Shown piece after piece: positions 18,696-29,511 of a DNA stretch of 64,000 nt. Positions within the stretch are counted from its first letter, which is position 1; every line of letters begins with the position of its first letter. The position numbers and the translations under genes are program-made. The notes beneath the pieces were generated by a model. That model saw nothing but the letters and a program-made list of their open reading frames with translations, made no database searches and had not been told where the DNA came from. This stretch comes from an uncultured Gemmatimonadaceae bacterium (GTDB lineage Bacteria; Gemmatimonadota; Gemmatimonadetes; Gemmatimonadales; Gemmatimonadaceae): assembly GCA_963790305.1 (NCBI GenBank), contig CAWBOC010000005.1, forward strand, positions 1 to 64,000. Reading direction: 5' to 3'.

Positions 18696-19167
18696 ATGGC
18701 GAAGATCAGCGCCGGCCTCCTGATGTACCGCCTCCGCGCCGGCCATCTCCGAGGTCCTCCTCGCCCACCCCGGCGGCCCCTTCTTCGCCAACAAGGACCT
18801 CGGCGCCTGGACCATCCCCAAAGGGCTGGTCGACGAGGATGAGGACCAGCTCGCCGCCGCCCGGCGCGAATTCGAGGAAGAGACCGGCACCAGGCCGCAA
18901 GGCGAGTTCGTTCCGCTCGGCGAAGTCCTCCAGAAAGGCGGCAAGACCGTCGTCGCCTGGGCCTTCGAGGGCGACCTCGATCCCGCCGCCATAACGAGCA
19001 ACACCTTCAAGAAGGAATGGCCGCCGCGATCAGGACGGTGGCAAACCTTCCCGGAAGTCGACCGCGCCGCATTCTTCTCGATCGCCGAAGCGAAGACCAA
19101 GATCAACCCCGCGCAGGCCCAGTTCCTCGCGCGCCTGGAGACGCTTCTTGACCCGCCGACGCGATGA
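18696..19167 (+). pseudogene. NUDIX hydrolase; one extra C at ~18750
   Basis: MAKISAGLLMYR..HL / EVLLAHPGGPFF..GAWTIPKG..AARREFEEETG..EWPPRSG..FPEVDRA; 472 nt = 3n+1. Confidence 0.85.
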
Positions 19168-19206
19168 GCACGGGTGACGGCGCGGCGACGCGGCTCGTCC
19201 CAGTGG

Positions 19207-20310
19207 ATGATCTTCTCCCGTCGCTGGCGCGCTCTCGCCGGCCTTGTCTCGATCACCGCCGCCGCGTGCGCGCCGGCCACCCGGCCCCAGGGCGCGCTTG
19301 TCGGCCTCACCTCCGGCCGCACCCTCTGGATCGCCTGGCCTAACGACACCGCCCGCGTCGTCACCGAGAAGCCGCACCTCCTCGTGCCGCGCGACGACGG
19401 CATGTGGTGGGCGGGCGTCGTCAGCCGATGCGTCGTCGAAGAAGGCGGCGGTGGGTGGGTGGAAGACACCATCTTCATCGGGCGCACCGATCGAGTCTTC
19501 GTCACCCGGGTCGGAGAAGAGGCCCGCGTGGAGCTCGACGGCGCGCCCTGCGACGAAGTGGAGCGCGAGGTCCTCGATCTCAGGACGCGAGCGCGTAAGG
19601 AGGAGGGGGAGGAGCCGCTCAACCCCGAGACGTTCTACTGCTCCATCTACTCGCGCCGGATCACCTTCGCGTCGCCCACCGTCTTGTCGATCGAAGGGCG
19701 CAACATCGGGACGGAGTTCTGCAGCCCCGCCAAGTATTCGACGTCAGGCAGCAACGTCGTCCGGGAATTCACCTCCCTCACCCGCATACCGTTGCGTCCC
19801 CTCCTCTCGAAGGAAGTGAGCGCACGGCTGGAGGGATACTTCACCGATAGCGACGGGACGGGATTTCCCGCCGAGAATCCGGGCGGTCGTGTCGACTCGA
19901 CGTGGGCGATGGCCCGGCAGCAAGGCTGGGTTGCCCAAATGTGGATCGACGGATCCATCGCCGCCCGAGGCGGATATGAGACGGAGGAGGGCGAGCCGCT
20001 ACCGCACTCCTTCACCGGCGACGCACCGCTCCCCATCGCCTGGACCGAGCTCGTGAGGCAGGTCCCGAACGCCGGCGACGCCGTCGCATCGCCGACGGGA
20101 GACTACATCCTCGTGCGAAAAGCGGATTCGCTCATGCTGTTCCGCCCGACCAACCAGCAGCTCGGCCAGCCGCTCCTGAGCGTTCACATCGGATACGAGG
20201 GATCGTTCGCGATGGTCCGCTGGGCAACGCCCGACGAAACGCGGTGGTGGAACGCGACGCTACCCTCGCTCGAGCCGCCAACGGTTCGCGTGGTTCCCCT
20301 GCCGCGATAG
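19207..20310 (+). CDS. Hypothetical lipoprotein
   Basis: Signal peptide ending AAAC; long ORF with typical codon usage. Confidence 0.75.
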   Translation: MIFSRRWRALAGLVSITAAACAPATRPQGALVGLTSGRTLWIAWPNDTARVVTEKPHLLVPRDDGMWWAGVVSRCVVEEGGGGWVEDTIFIGRTDRVFVTRVGEEARVELDGAPCDEVEREVLDLRTRARKEEGEEPLNPETFYCSIYSRRITFASPTVLSIEGRNIGTEFCSPAKYSTSGSNVVREFTSLTRIPLRPLLSKEVSARLEGYFTDSDGTGFPAENPGGRVDSTWAMARQQGWVAQMWIDGSIAARGGYETEEGEPLPHSFTGDAPLPIAWTELVRQVPNAGDAVASPTGDYILVRKADSLMLFRPTNQQLGQPLLSVHIGYEGSFAMVRWATPDETRWWNATLPSLEPPTVRVVPLPR

Positions 20311-20321
20311 ACCTGGCGTTG

Positions 20322-20834
20322 CTAGCGCGCGACCTTGGTGACCGTGTCCCAGGTCCGCGTCGTCACCCCCTTCCCGAACGTCTTCTCGATCAGGGTCATG
20401 AAGACCGGCCCTTCCGACGTTGGCAGATAGGCGCTGAAGATCTCGGTGCCTTTCATTAACAGGATGCTCGCTCCGCTCATCTCGATCGGGAGCTGGAGCT
20501 TCGCCGTCGGCTTCTCGCGCAGAAAGCTCACGACGCGCTTGGCATTGGACGGCAGCCCGAACGGCTGGTAGGGATCGCTCGCGAGCATCTCGCGGAGCAT
20601 GTCCACCGGCCGCACGATGGTCAGAAACGAGTGGCCGAGGTGCTTCTCCATCGCTGCTTCGGCCTTCTTCTGGATCGAGGCCTCCGACGCCGCGCGAGCG
20701 CTGAACACGACGTTCCCGCTCGAGATGACGGTCTTGACCTCCTCGAAGCCGGCCGCCTCGAAGGCCTTCTTGAGCTCCGGCATCTTCGCGTTCATCGGGC
20801 TCACGCCCCTGAGGAACGCCGCGTAGCGTCGCAT
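20322..20834 (-). CDS. DUF1697 domain protein
   Basis: MRRYAAFLRGVSP..KMPELK..F..VKTVISSGNVVF, C-terminal TTRTWDTV. Confidence 0.9.
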   Translation of the reverse strand: MRRYAAFLRGVSPMNAKMPELKKAFEAAGFEEVKTVISSGNVVFSARAASEASIQKKAEAAMEKHLGHSFLTIVRPVDMLREMLASDPYQPFGLPSNAKRVVSFLREKPTAKLQLPIEMSGASILLMKGTEIFSAYLPTSEGPVFMTLIEKTFGKGVTTRTWDTVTKVAR

Positions 20835-20992
20835 GCGCGAGAAGGTGTCCTCCTCGCCACAGGCGAGCAACCCTGGGAACTCAGTGGCGAGACGGAGGCG
20901 AGAGCCGGGCGAGAGCGCGCCGATGCCGGCCCGCCATGATGCGCACCCATAGGTCGTTAGGTCGCCTCCCCGCCTCACCGAGGACCCCAGTC

Positions 20993-23938
20993 ATGCGTCA
21001 CCTTCGACTCGTCTTGCCGAGCCTCGCCGCACTCGCGCTCGCGGCGTCCTGTACCAGCGATACCCTGACTGGGCCGAGCTCCCCCGGCGGGGTTCCGCGC
21101 CTCGATGTGTCCGCCAGCGCTGCCGATCCCGTCGCCTTCTGCAATCCGGCGAGGATAACGATCAATCAGGCCGGCGCCTCCACCCCCTACCCATCGCTCC
21201 TCTCGGTAACAGGCATACCGGCCGGCCCGATCAGGGTGACCGCGACCTTGAATGGAATCTCCCACACGGCGACGGGCGACATCGACATGGTCCTCGTCGG
21301 TCCGGGCGGCCAAAACGTGATGCTGATGTCCGACGCCGGCGGCGGCGCGAACCTTCAGACTGCCACGCTGACGTTCGACGACAACGCCGCGGCTCAGCTT
21401 CCGGCGAGCGGCACCACCGTGATCCCGGGCGGCACGTACAGGCCGACGAATTTCGGGACCGGCGACTTCATTCAAGGCCTGGTAGAGCCCTTCGGCGCCT
21501 CGTTCGCGGTCTTCAACGGCACCGACCCCAATGGGACCTGGAGGCTCCACATCTGGGACGACATCACCTTCGAGGCCGGATCGATCGCCACCGGGTGGTG
21601 CGTCAATATTACGGCTCTGGGCTCGGTACCAGTCGCGAGCGCGGGCGGCCCATACACGGTCGTCGAGGGATCTGCGTTGACCTTCGACGGGACGGGATCG
21701 ACCGATGCCGACAACGACATCGTGTCGTACGCGTGGACCTTCGGGGACGGCGCGACCGGCACCGGCCCGACGCCGGCGCACACGTACGAGGTCATGGGGA
21801 GCTACCCGGTGACGCTCGTGGTGACCGACGCGCAAGGCGCAACCGCCAACGCGGCGACGTCCGTGACCGTGCTCAACGCGCCGGGTACCCCCTTGAGCTT
21901 CTGCAATGCGGCGCCGATCACCATCCGCGACGCTAATTCGGCCCTGCCGTACCCGTCCACGATCGCCGTGTCCGGGGTGAGCGCCGGGTCATTCAAGGTC
22001 ACGGCGACTCTCAAGGGATTCACCACGGCGCTGCTCACGGATCTGGACGCGCTCCTGGTCGGCCCCGGCGGGCAGAAAGTCATGCTGATGTCGGACCTCG
22101 GTGGATCGAGCGACTTCCAGAACGCTACCGTGACGTTCGACGACGCTGGCGCTTTCCAATTCGCCACCGGCACCACCGTCCCGGTCCTCCCGAGCGGCAC
22201 GTACAAGCCGCTGAACATTGGCGGGTCGGATGCCATGCCTGCTCCCGCGCCTCTCGAGCCTTACGGATCCGCGCTCGCTGCTTTTGGAAGCACCAGCCCT
22301 AACGGGACGTGGAGCCTCTTCTTCCGCGACGACCTCCTCCTCGGCGGTGGCAACGGGTTGGTCGCCCGTGGTTGGTGCGTCGACATCGTGGAGCTGGAGA
22401 CGAACTCGCCTCCGGTGGCGAATGCGGGCGGCCCCTACTCGGGCACCGAGGGATCGCCGATCACCTTCGACGGCACCGGATCGACGGATGCGGACAACAA
22501 CATCGCGTCGTACGCGTGGAGCTTTGGGGACGGCGAGACGGGAAGCGGCGCAAGCGTCCAGCACACGTACGCGAACGGCGGTACCTACACGGTGACGCTG
22601 ACGGTGACAGATGCCGACGGAGCAAGCAACGTTGCGACCACGTCGGTGACCGTCGCCGACGTCGCCCCGACCGCGACGTTCAACGCCCCCGCGGATGTCA
22701 ATGAGGGAAGCGTTGCGACGATCTCGCTGACAACGCCATCAGCCGCAAATGCTCGTTATTCCTTCGACTGTGGCAGCGGGTACGGCGCGATCGGCACGGC
22801 GGCGAGCGCCGCGTGTCAGACTGCCGACAACGGATCCGTGACAGTCAAGGGCAGGATCGTCAATGCGGGCAACGACGATCTCTTCACCGAATACACGGCG
22901 GAGATCGACGTCAGGAACGTCGCGCCGACCGCAGTGCTTACGCATAACGGTCCAGTCAGCGAGGGAACCGCGATTCAGCTCCAGCTCGGCAGCTTCGCCG
23001 ACGTCGCAGCCGACCTGGCGGCAGGTCTCACCTTCGCGTTCGACTGCGGCTCGGGGTACGGGGCCATCGGAGGGGCGAGCACCGCATCGTGCCCCACGAG
23101 CGACAATGGCGCTGTGCAGGTCAAGGGGAAGGTCCTCGACAAGGACGGGGGCGAGACGGTGTACAGCGCAATGGTGACCGTGACGAACCTGGCACCAGTG
23201 GTGACCTCGGTCGCCCTTCCCGCTGATCCCGTCGCCGTGAACACGCCTGTCGCGTTAGGCGCCGTCTTCACCGACGCCGGCACCGGAGACTCGCACACGG
23301 GCAGCTTCACGCTCGGCGCAGGTGGACCGGTCGTTTCCGGCGCGGTGGTGGAGACCAACGGCTCCGGCTCGATGAGCGCGAGCGTCACGTTCACGCAGGC
23401 TGGCGTCTACACGATCACCGCGAGCGTGACCGATGACGACGGAGGCACCGGGGTGCGGTCGAGCGCGGTCGAGGTGCCGGCGTTCGTGGTCGTGTACGAC
23501 CCCACCGGCAGCTTCGTCACCGGCGGCGGCTGGATCTCATCGCCGGCAGGCGCATTCGCTACCGAGCCGACCTTCACCGGCAAAGCGAGCTTCGGATTCG
23601 TCGCCAAGTACAAGCCCGGCGCGAGCACGCCGAGCGGCAACACCGAGTTCCAGTTCAAGGCCGGGAACTTGAGCTTCAAGAGCACGGCGTACGAGTGGCT
23701 GGTCGTGGGAGGCGCCCACGCGAGGTTCAAGGGCGAGGGGACCATCAATGGTGGCGGGAGCTACGGGTTCATGGTCACCGCCGTCGACGGCGACCGCCAC
23801 GATGACGTGGATGCATTCCGCATCAAGCTGTGGGACCTCGCCACCGGTGCGATCGTGTACGACAACAAGATCGGCGAAGGCGACGACAGCGCCGCTGCGA
23901 CATCGCTCGGCGGTGGCAGCATCGTGATTCACAAATAG
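20993..23938 (+). CDS. Multidomain surface lipoprotein with proprotein-convertase-P-like and PKD domains
   Basis: AASC lipobox; 2x [DIDMVLVGPGGQ..NGTWRL + AGGPY..YAWTFGDG..VTLVVTD]; 2x FDCGSGY; C-terminal FVTGGGWI..FRIKLWD domain. Confidence 0.88.
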   Translation: MRHLRLVLPSLAALALAASCTSDTLTGPSSPGGVPRLDVSASAADPVAFCNPARITINQAGASTPYPSLLSVTGIPAGPIRVTATLNGISHTATGDIDMVLVGPGGQNVMLMSDAGGGANLQTATLTFDDNAAAQLPASGTTVIPGGTYRPTNFGTGDFIQGLVEPFGASFAVFNGTDPNGTWRLHIWDDITFEAGSIATGWCVNITALGSVPVASAGGPYTVVEGSALTFDGTGSTDADNDIVSYAWTFGDGATGTGPTPAHTYEVMGSYPVTLVVTDAQGATANAATSVTVLNAPGTPLSFCNAAPITIRDANSALPYPSTIAVSGVSAGSFKVTATLKGFTTALLTDLDALLVGPGGQKVMLMSDLGGSSDFQNATVTFDDAGAFQFATGTTVPVLPSGTYKPLNIGGSDAMPAPAPLEPYGSALAAFGSTSPNGTWSLFFRDDLLLGGGNGLVARGWCVDIVELETNSPPVANAGGPYSGTEGSPITFDGTGSTDADNNIASYAWSFGDGETGSGASVQHTYANGGTYTVTLTVTDADGASNVATTSVTVADVAPTATFNAPADVNEGSVATISLTTPSAANARYSFDCGSGYGAIGTAASAACQTADNGSVTVKGRIVNAGNDDLFTEYTAEIDVRNVAPTAVLTHNGPVSEGTAIQLQLGSFADVAADLAAGLTFAFDCGSGYGAIGGASTASCPTSDNGAVQVKGKVLDKDGGETVYSAMVTVTNLAPVVTSVALPADPVAVNTPVALGAVFTDAGTGDSHTGSFTLGAGGPVVSGAVVETNGSGSMSASVTFTQAGVYTITASVTDDDGGTGVRSSAVEVPAFVVVYDPTGSFVTGGGWISSPAGAFATEPTFTGKASFGFVAKYKPGASTPSGNTEFQFKAGNLSFKSTAYEWLVVGGAHARFKGEGTINGGGSYGFMVTAVDGDRHDDVDAFRIKLWDLATGAIVYDNKIGEGDDSAAATSLGGGSIVIHK

Positions 23939-24006
23939 AGGCGCTAGAGGCGCTAGAGGCGCTAGAGGCGCTGAGGGGCAACCCCTTTAGCGCCTCTAGC
24001 GCCTCT
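23936..24006. repeat. Palindromic element of TAGAGGCGC 9-nt units, beginning at the stop codon
   Basis: (TAGAGGCGC)x4 ... TAGCGCCTCTAGCGCCTCT. Confidence 0.88.
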
Positions 24007-24051
24007 GGTGATTATTCTCACGACACCGACGCGCGTTCAAACCTCTGCACA

Positions 24052-26095
24052 ATGACCGCAAGAAACTACCTCGTAGTGGGAGCAACGGTCGTCCTCGCCT
24101 GCGCCGCACGGGCGCAAGCGCAATCGGACTCTGCCCGGCTCGACTCATCTCCTCGACGCCACCGTCGTCGTCGCCCATCGCATCCCCGTCGATCTCCGCG
24201 CCTCGACGGGAGCGGTGAGCGTCATCACCCGCGCCGACATCGAGCGCACGCAGGCGCGCACGCTTCCGGAGGCACTGCGCTATCTGCCAGGGGTTTTCTT
24301 TTCGAGTCGCGACGGCGGCGGGGCGCTTCCAATGGCGATCACCCGCGGCTATTTCGGCGGCGGAGAGAACGAATACGTGTTGCTGTTGGTCGATGGCGTC
24401 CCTGTCAATTCCACACGCACCTCCCTCATCGAATGGACGAGCCTGCCTGCCGCTTCCATCGAGCGGATCGAGGTGCTGCGCGGGTCTGGCTCTGCCCTGT
24501 ACGGTGACGTCGCCGTCGGCGGTGTCATCAATGTCATCACGCGCGCCGACACGACGGACTCCGAGCGCGCGTTGGTGGGTATCGCCCACCGCGGGGAGTG
24601 GGAAGCGAGTGTCGCGCTCACGCGAGCCTTTCGACCCGGCTGGGCAGCGGGGGCCACCGCCGACTACGCGACCGGACCCGGCTACCGCGAGCACGCCTTC
24701 TCACGTCGCCTGTCTGCATCCGCGTCCGTGCAGGAATCACCACCCGCCGAGCGAACGCGCGTCGCACTTCGCTACGATCGTCTCGAGAACGAAGATCCGG
24801 GTCCCCTGGACGAAGAGGCCTATCGCGCAGATCCGGTCAAGGCCAACTCGCTTTTCGGAGCCGATGAGCGCGTCCGCGACGCCGGCGAGCTCGTCACGAC
24901 GGTGGACCGCACACTGGGCGCCAGACGAATGCTGCATGCTGCCGCGCGCGTACATGGTGCGCGGCAAGAGCGCACGCGCACGCTACTCCTGACTCCGTCG
25001 TTTGGCGATACGCAGCTGCACGACGAGAGCGATCGCGGTGCATGGCTGAGAGCGCAGCACGACTTGCTGACTGCCGCCTCGAAACTGGTCGGTGGCGTCG
25101 AGCTGAGTGGCGCGACGTACGAGAGCTCGTATCGTGTGCCCGAGACAGGTCAGGAAACGAGTCAAGCCTCCGGCAAGCGGTTGGCGGCGGCTGTCTATGG
25201 TGAGTGGCAGCGCGAGCTCACCGATCGCCTGCGCGGATATGCTGGCACTCGATACGACCGCGTCTCCCCCAGTGCCACCCTCAACGGCGGCAAGTACCGT
25301 AAGCGAATCCAGGCGCTCTCGGCGCGCCTGGGGATGAACTACGCATATCGGAACGACGCAGACGCAGCAGGCAACGTGTATCTGGTGGCGTCGAGGGGCT
25401 TCAAGATGCCGAGCCTCGACCAGCTCTACGATGCGCGGCGCACTCCGACCGGTGGGCCCGACACCATCAGCATTTCAAATCCGCTTCTTCGGCCTCAACG
25501 TGCGGACGAGATCGAAGCGGGGATCTTTCAGCGTATCTCGATGGGCCGGACGTCGGTGGAAGTCTCATTTGCGGGGTATCTGCGTGACCTGGAGGATGAG
25601 ATCGACTTCGACCTGGCGACGTTCCGATATGGCAACATCAAGCACACTCGCCATGAGGCGCTCGAGCTGCTCACCGTCGCGCACCTCTGGCGCGACGTCG
25701 AGCTGCGCAATGCACTGACCGTCGGACGCGCGGTATTTCGCAGCGGACCCTATCAGGGACTCCAGCTCAAGAACCTTCCGCGCTACTCCACACAGACGGT
25801 AGCGTCCGTGCCGCTTCGCCGCGGACTCCTGTTGACACTCGCGCACCGCACCGCGGGAAAGACAGCGCTCGACGACGAGAACACCAGGACGATTCCAGGG
25901 GTCCCTCGGTTCGACGTCGGGTTGCGACTCGCCGCCGGGCCCCTCGAAGGCTCGATCCGCGTTGAGAATGTGAGCGACGACCGCAACGCCGACCTCGGCT
26001 TCGTGCTCTTTGACCCGGTGCTATCACAAGGCGTAGCCATGCTCTATCCCGGCAGCGGCCGCAGGGTTCGCGTCGCCCTGAAAGTGGAACGATGA
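24052..26095 (+). CDS. TonB-dependent receptor (BtuB-like); apparent frameshift at ~24150 after the signal peptide
   Basis: MTARNYLVV..AQAQ signal, then LDATVVVAHR..AVSVITRADIE; LLLVDGVP, IERIEVLRGSGSALYGDVAVGGVINVIT, NPLLRPQ. Confidence 0.85.
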
Positions 26096-26321
26096 CCACG
26101 TCATCATGAGTGCGCTCTAAGAACGCACAAGTTCTGGCGGTAAAAAAGACCGGCGCGTGATCACAGAACCGCGTGGTCAACGATCACCCGAAGCTCATTA
26201 CGCCCCTCTCGGCGAGATCGTCTGTTCACCAGGAAGACCTGTCATGACTCGGGTCGTACGACGTGACAACGATCACGCCCGAGCCTCGACGCCAGATCTC
26301 CTCCCCTTTCAAGGACAACTG

Positions 26322-28682
26322 ATGCGCCCCCGCCTGCTGCTCGTGCCCGTGCTCGTCGCGGTTTTTGCCTGCAGTGACCAGACGTTCACGACGTCGCCTA
26401 ACGGCCGACCGAACTTCGACATCGCCGACGCGGTGCGCGACTATAAAGCCGGCTTCTACTGGTTGCCCCCGATGGTCAAGAACCCGACCGTCAGTGGCAC
26501 CTTCGACGCGGCGCTCTCCCCCACCGTCGAGATCTGCGAGCTCGTCGACGGCGCGTGCGGGCCCGTGCTCGCGACCTACACCCTGACGTCGGGTCCAGGC
26601 GGAGAGGTCGTACGCATTCAGGACCAGAAGTATCAAGTGAGCTGGCACACCGATGAGTTCGCGCTGAGCTACGCCAGCGTCTACCGCATCTCCGTCCGCG
26701 CCGGCGTCGACAACACTCTGCTCGGCTACGCCAATGTGCAGTCCGTCGCCAACGGCAGCGCGCTCAAGTACATCGACAGGAACGAGATAATAGGCCTCAT
26801 CGACGGACGCACGCTCCCGATCAAGTTCCGCATCGAGACTGGCGTCGTCGGCGATGTCGACGTCGCGCCGCTCGAGGCGACACTCGAGCCCGGTGGCACG
26901 CAGCAGTTTGTCGCGACCATCAGCGACCTGCATGGCAACCCCGTGACTGGCAGCGTCGTCTGGAGCAGCTCCGATGAGAGCGTCGCGATCGTCGATCAGT
27001 CCGGCCTCGCGACCGCCATCTCGGCGGGCACCGCGATCATCACCGCGACCGCCGAGTTTGTGAGTGGAAGCGCGACGCTGGCCGTCGAGGAACCCTTGAG
27101 GGTCGCCACCATTGAGCTCGCGCCGCTGGAGATGACACTCGAGCCGGGCGGCACGCAGCAGTACACGGCAACCATCCTCGACCAGCATGGCAATCCCATC
27201 GCCGCGGATCTCATCTGGAGCAGCTCCGAGGAGAGCGTCGCGACCGTCGATCAGTCGGGACTCGTGACGGCCGTCTCAGCGGGCACCACAATCATTACGG
27301 CGACCGCAGGGTCTGTGAGTGGAAGCGCAACGCTGACCGTCGAGGCGCCCCCGCCTGTCGTGGGTAGCATCGAGGTCGCGCCGCTCGACGTGACGCTCGA
27401 GCCCGGTGGCACGCAGCAGTACAGGGCGCTCGTCAGCGACGTAAATGGCAATCCCATGACCGCTGATGTCACCTGGAGCAGCTCCGATGAGAGTGTCGCA
27501 ATCGTCGATCAGTCCGGCCTGGTGACCGCGGTTTCGCAGGGCATTGCGATCATCACGGCGAGCATCGAGTCTGTGAGTGGAAGCGCGACGCTGATCGTCG
27601 AGGAACCCGTCGAAGAAGGCGTCGTCCTCGTCAGCGCCGGCGATTCGCACTCCTGCGCCATCGACGAAGACGGTGTCGCATTCTGCTGGGGACTCGGCAG
27701 CTCGGGTCAGCTCGGCAATGGTTTCCTCGTTAATCGATTCACGCCCTTCCCGGTCGCCGGCGGCCACACCTTCACCGCGATCGCGACCGCGGAAACGCAC
27801 TCGTGCGGCATCACGACCACCGGACAGACCTACTGCTGGGGTCTCAACAACGTCGGCCAGCTCGGCGACGGCACGACCATCGCCCAGGCTTCTCCGTCGC
27901 TCGTCGACGGCGGTCTGACCTTCACCTCGATCGTCGCCGGTGCATTCCATACCTGCGCGCTCACCGCCAACGGCGAAGCATACTGCTGGGGCTTCAGCAT
28001 GAGCGGCGCGCTCGGCAACGGCACGACCGCGGTGCGTACGAGCCCCACGGCCGTGTCCGGCGGTCACACGTTCACCTCACTTACCGCCGGTCGTTCGCAT
28101 ACGTGCGGCCTGACGACGGCCGGCGGGACCTACTGCTGGGGTCTCAACTCTTCCGGCCAGGTCGGTGACGGCAGCACTGTCAACAAGTTCATCCCGACCC
28201 AGGTGATGGGCGGATTGACGTTCGCGTCGATCAGCGCCGGTGACGCGCATACCTGCGCGCTCACCTCGACGGGGAGTGCCTACTGCTGGGGCAATGCCGA
28301 CCAGGGCCGCCTTGGTATGGGAGATCCCGGAGCGCTCATCCACACCTCACCGCAGAGCGTCGCGGGTGGTCAGACCTTCACCGCGATCACCGCCGGCGAG
28401 GCACACTCGTGCGGCATCACCACCAGCGGCGAGGCGTACTGCTGGGGCTCGAACGCCGGCGGCCGTCTCGGCATCGGCACGACCGATCCAATGTCGCTCG
28501 TTCCCGCGGCAGTCGCGGGCGGGCTAACGTTCCGGTCGATCGACGTGGGGGATCACAGCTGCGCGGTCACCACGACCAACGCGGTGTATTGCTGGGGTCC
28601 GGGCGGCAGCGGCCGACTGGGCAACGGGTCGACGGTGAACCAGCCGGCGCCGACGCTGGTCGCTGCGTTCCCGGAGAGTTGA
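26322..28682 (+). CDS. Lipoprotein with three Ig-like (Big_2) domains and an RCC1-repeat propeller
   Basis: VFAC lipobox; 3x WSSS[DE]ESVA.VDQSGL.TA; 7x AG..H[ST]C....G..YCWG....G.LG.G. Confidence 0.92.
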   Translation: MRPRLLLVPVLVAVFACSDQTFTTSPNGRPNFDIADAVRDYKAGFYWLPPMVKNPTVSGTFDAALSPTVEICELVDGACGPVLATYTLTSGPGGEVVRIQDQKYQVSWHTDEFALSYASVYRISVRAGVDNTLLGYANVQSVANGSALKYIDRNEIIGLIDGRTLPIKFRIETGVVGDVDVAPLEATLEPGGTQQFVATISDLHGNPVTGSVVWSSSDESVAIVDQSGLATAISAGTAIITATAEFVSGSATLAVEEPLRVATIELAPLEMTLEPGGTQQYTATILDQHGNPIAADLIWSSSEESVATVDQSGLVTAVSAGTTIITATAGSVSGSATLTVEAPPPVVGSIEVAPLDVTLEPGGTQQYRALVSDVNGNPMTADVTWSSSDESVAIVDQSGLVTAVSQGIAIITASIESVSGSATLIVEEPVEEGVVLVSAGDSHSCAIDEDGVAFCWGLGSSGQLGNGFLVNRFTPFPVAGGHTFTAIATAETHSCGITTTGQTYCWGLNNVGQLGDGTTIAQASPSLVDGGLTFTSIVAGAFHTCALTANGEAYCWGFSMSGALGNGTTAVRTSPTAVSGGHTFTSLTAGRSHTCGLTTAGGTYCWGLNSSGQVGDGSTVNKFIPTQVMGGLTFASISAGDAHTCALTSTGSAYCWGNADQGRLGMGDPGALIHTSPQSVAGGQTFTAITAGEAHSCGITTSGEAYCWGSNAGGRLGIGTTDPMSLVPAAVAGGLTFRSIDVGDHSCAVTTTNAVYCWGPGGSGRLGNGSTVNQPAPTLVAAFPES

Positions 28683-28704
28683 GGCGATCGCACAATGGCC
28701 TGAA

Positions 28705-28803
28705 TGCATTAACCACAGAGGCACAGAGGGCACGGAGAACGGCCACTGCAACAGCTGTTGCAGTGGCCGTTCTCCGTGCCCTCTGTGCCTCTGTGGTAAT
28801 GCA
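28705..28803. repeat. 86-bp perfect palindrome (28712-28797) of the ACCACAGAGG family
   Basis: ACCACAGAGGCACAGAGGGCACGGAGAACGGCCACTGCAACAG followed directly by its exact reverse complement; lies between convergent genes. Confidence 0.95.
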
Positions 28804-28811
28804 GTTGGGAC

Positions 28812-29417
28812 TTAGAAGATAATCCCAAACGTTACCGGCACCGTCTGAATCGACTTCGTGTCGATCACGCCGCGCTCCGTGTACACGTTCTGCACGCGGC
28901 CTTCGACGAACATCTCGAGTCGCTTGATCTTGATCGCGAGCCCAGCGCCACCGTCGACGCCGAACCGGGTCTGCGAGCTGCTCTCGTCAGGCTCGCCCGA
29001 GGTCTGGAGCTGGTTCCGAATGTGGAAGGCGCCGAGGCCGGCCATCACGTACGGGCGAATCGGTCCCTTGAGCAGATTGATCGAGATGTTGCCGAGCCCG
29101 CCGAGGACCAGGCTCTCGCCCGTCATCGTCTCGGGAGCGCCCGGAAGCGCTTCCTTCCAGTCGAACTTGGTCGCGCTGAGGTCGAACCGGAACGACGGAA
29201 GTCCCGGGAGATTGAATAGGAGGAACCCGCGGCCGTGGACGCCGTTCTCGAACGCTTCTTTTGCATTGCTCGTCGGCACGCTCATGCCGCCGCCGAAGCC
29301 GACCTGAACCAGTGGCTTGCGCCCGGAGATCAGCCCCATGCCGGGGAGCTGCGCCGACAGCGGCACAGCGGCGGTCGAGAGGGCGAGCCCGAGAACAATC
29401 GAATGAATCCTGCGCAT
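28812..29417 (-). CDS. Outer membrane beta-barrel protein (OmpA/OmpW-like)
   Basis: Signal peptide PLSAQ; IRPYVMAGLG, FGVDGGAG, FVEGR, terminal VPVTFGIIF. Confidence 0.85.
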   Translation of the reverse strand: MRRIHSIVLGLALSTAAVPLSAQLPGMGLISGRKPLVQVGFGGGMSVPTSNAKEAFENGVHGRGFLLFNLPGLPSFRFDLSATKFDWKEALPGAPETMTGESLVLGGLGNISINLLKGPIRPYVMAGLGAFHIRNQLQTSGEPDESSSQTRFGVDGGAGLAIKIKRLEMFVEGRVQNVYTERGVIDTKSIQTVPVTFGIIF

Positions 29418-29511
29418 GCAGCGCTCCTTCGTTGGTGGGATAGAGCACGTATAGACCATCAACTCCGGAGTAAAGACGAACACATCGACGCCTCGGCACA
29501 TGCCGCGCCGG

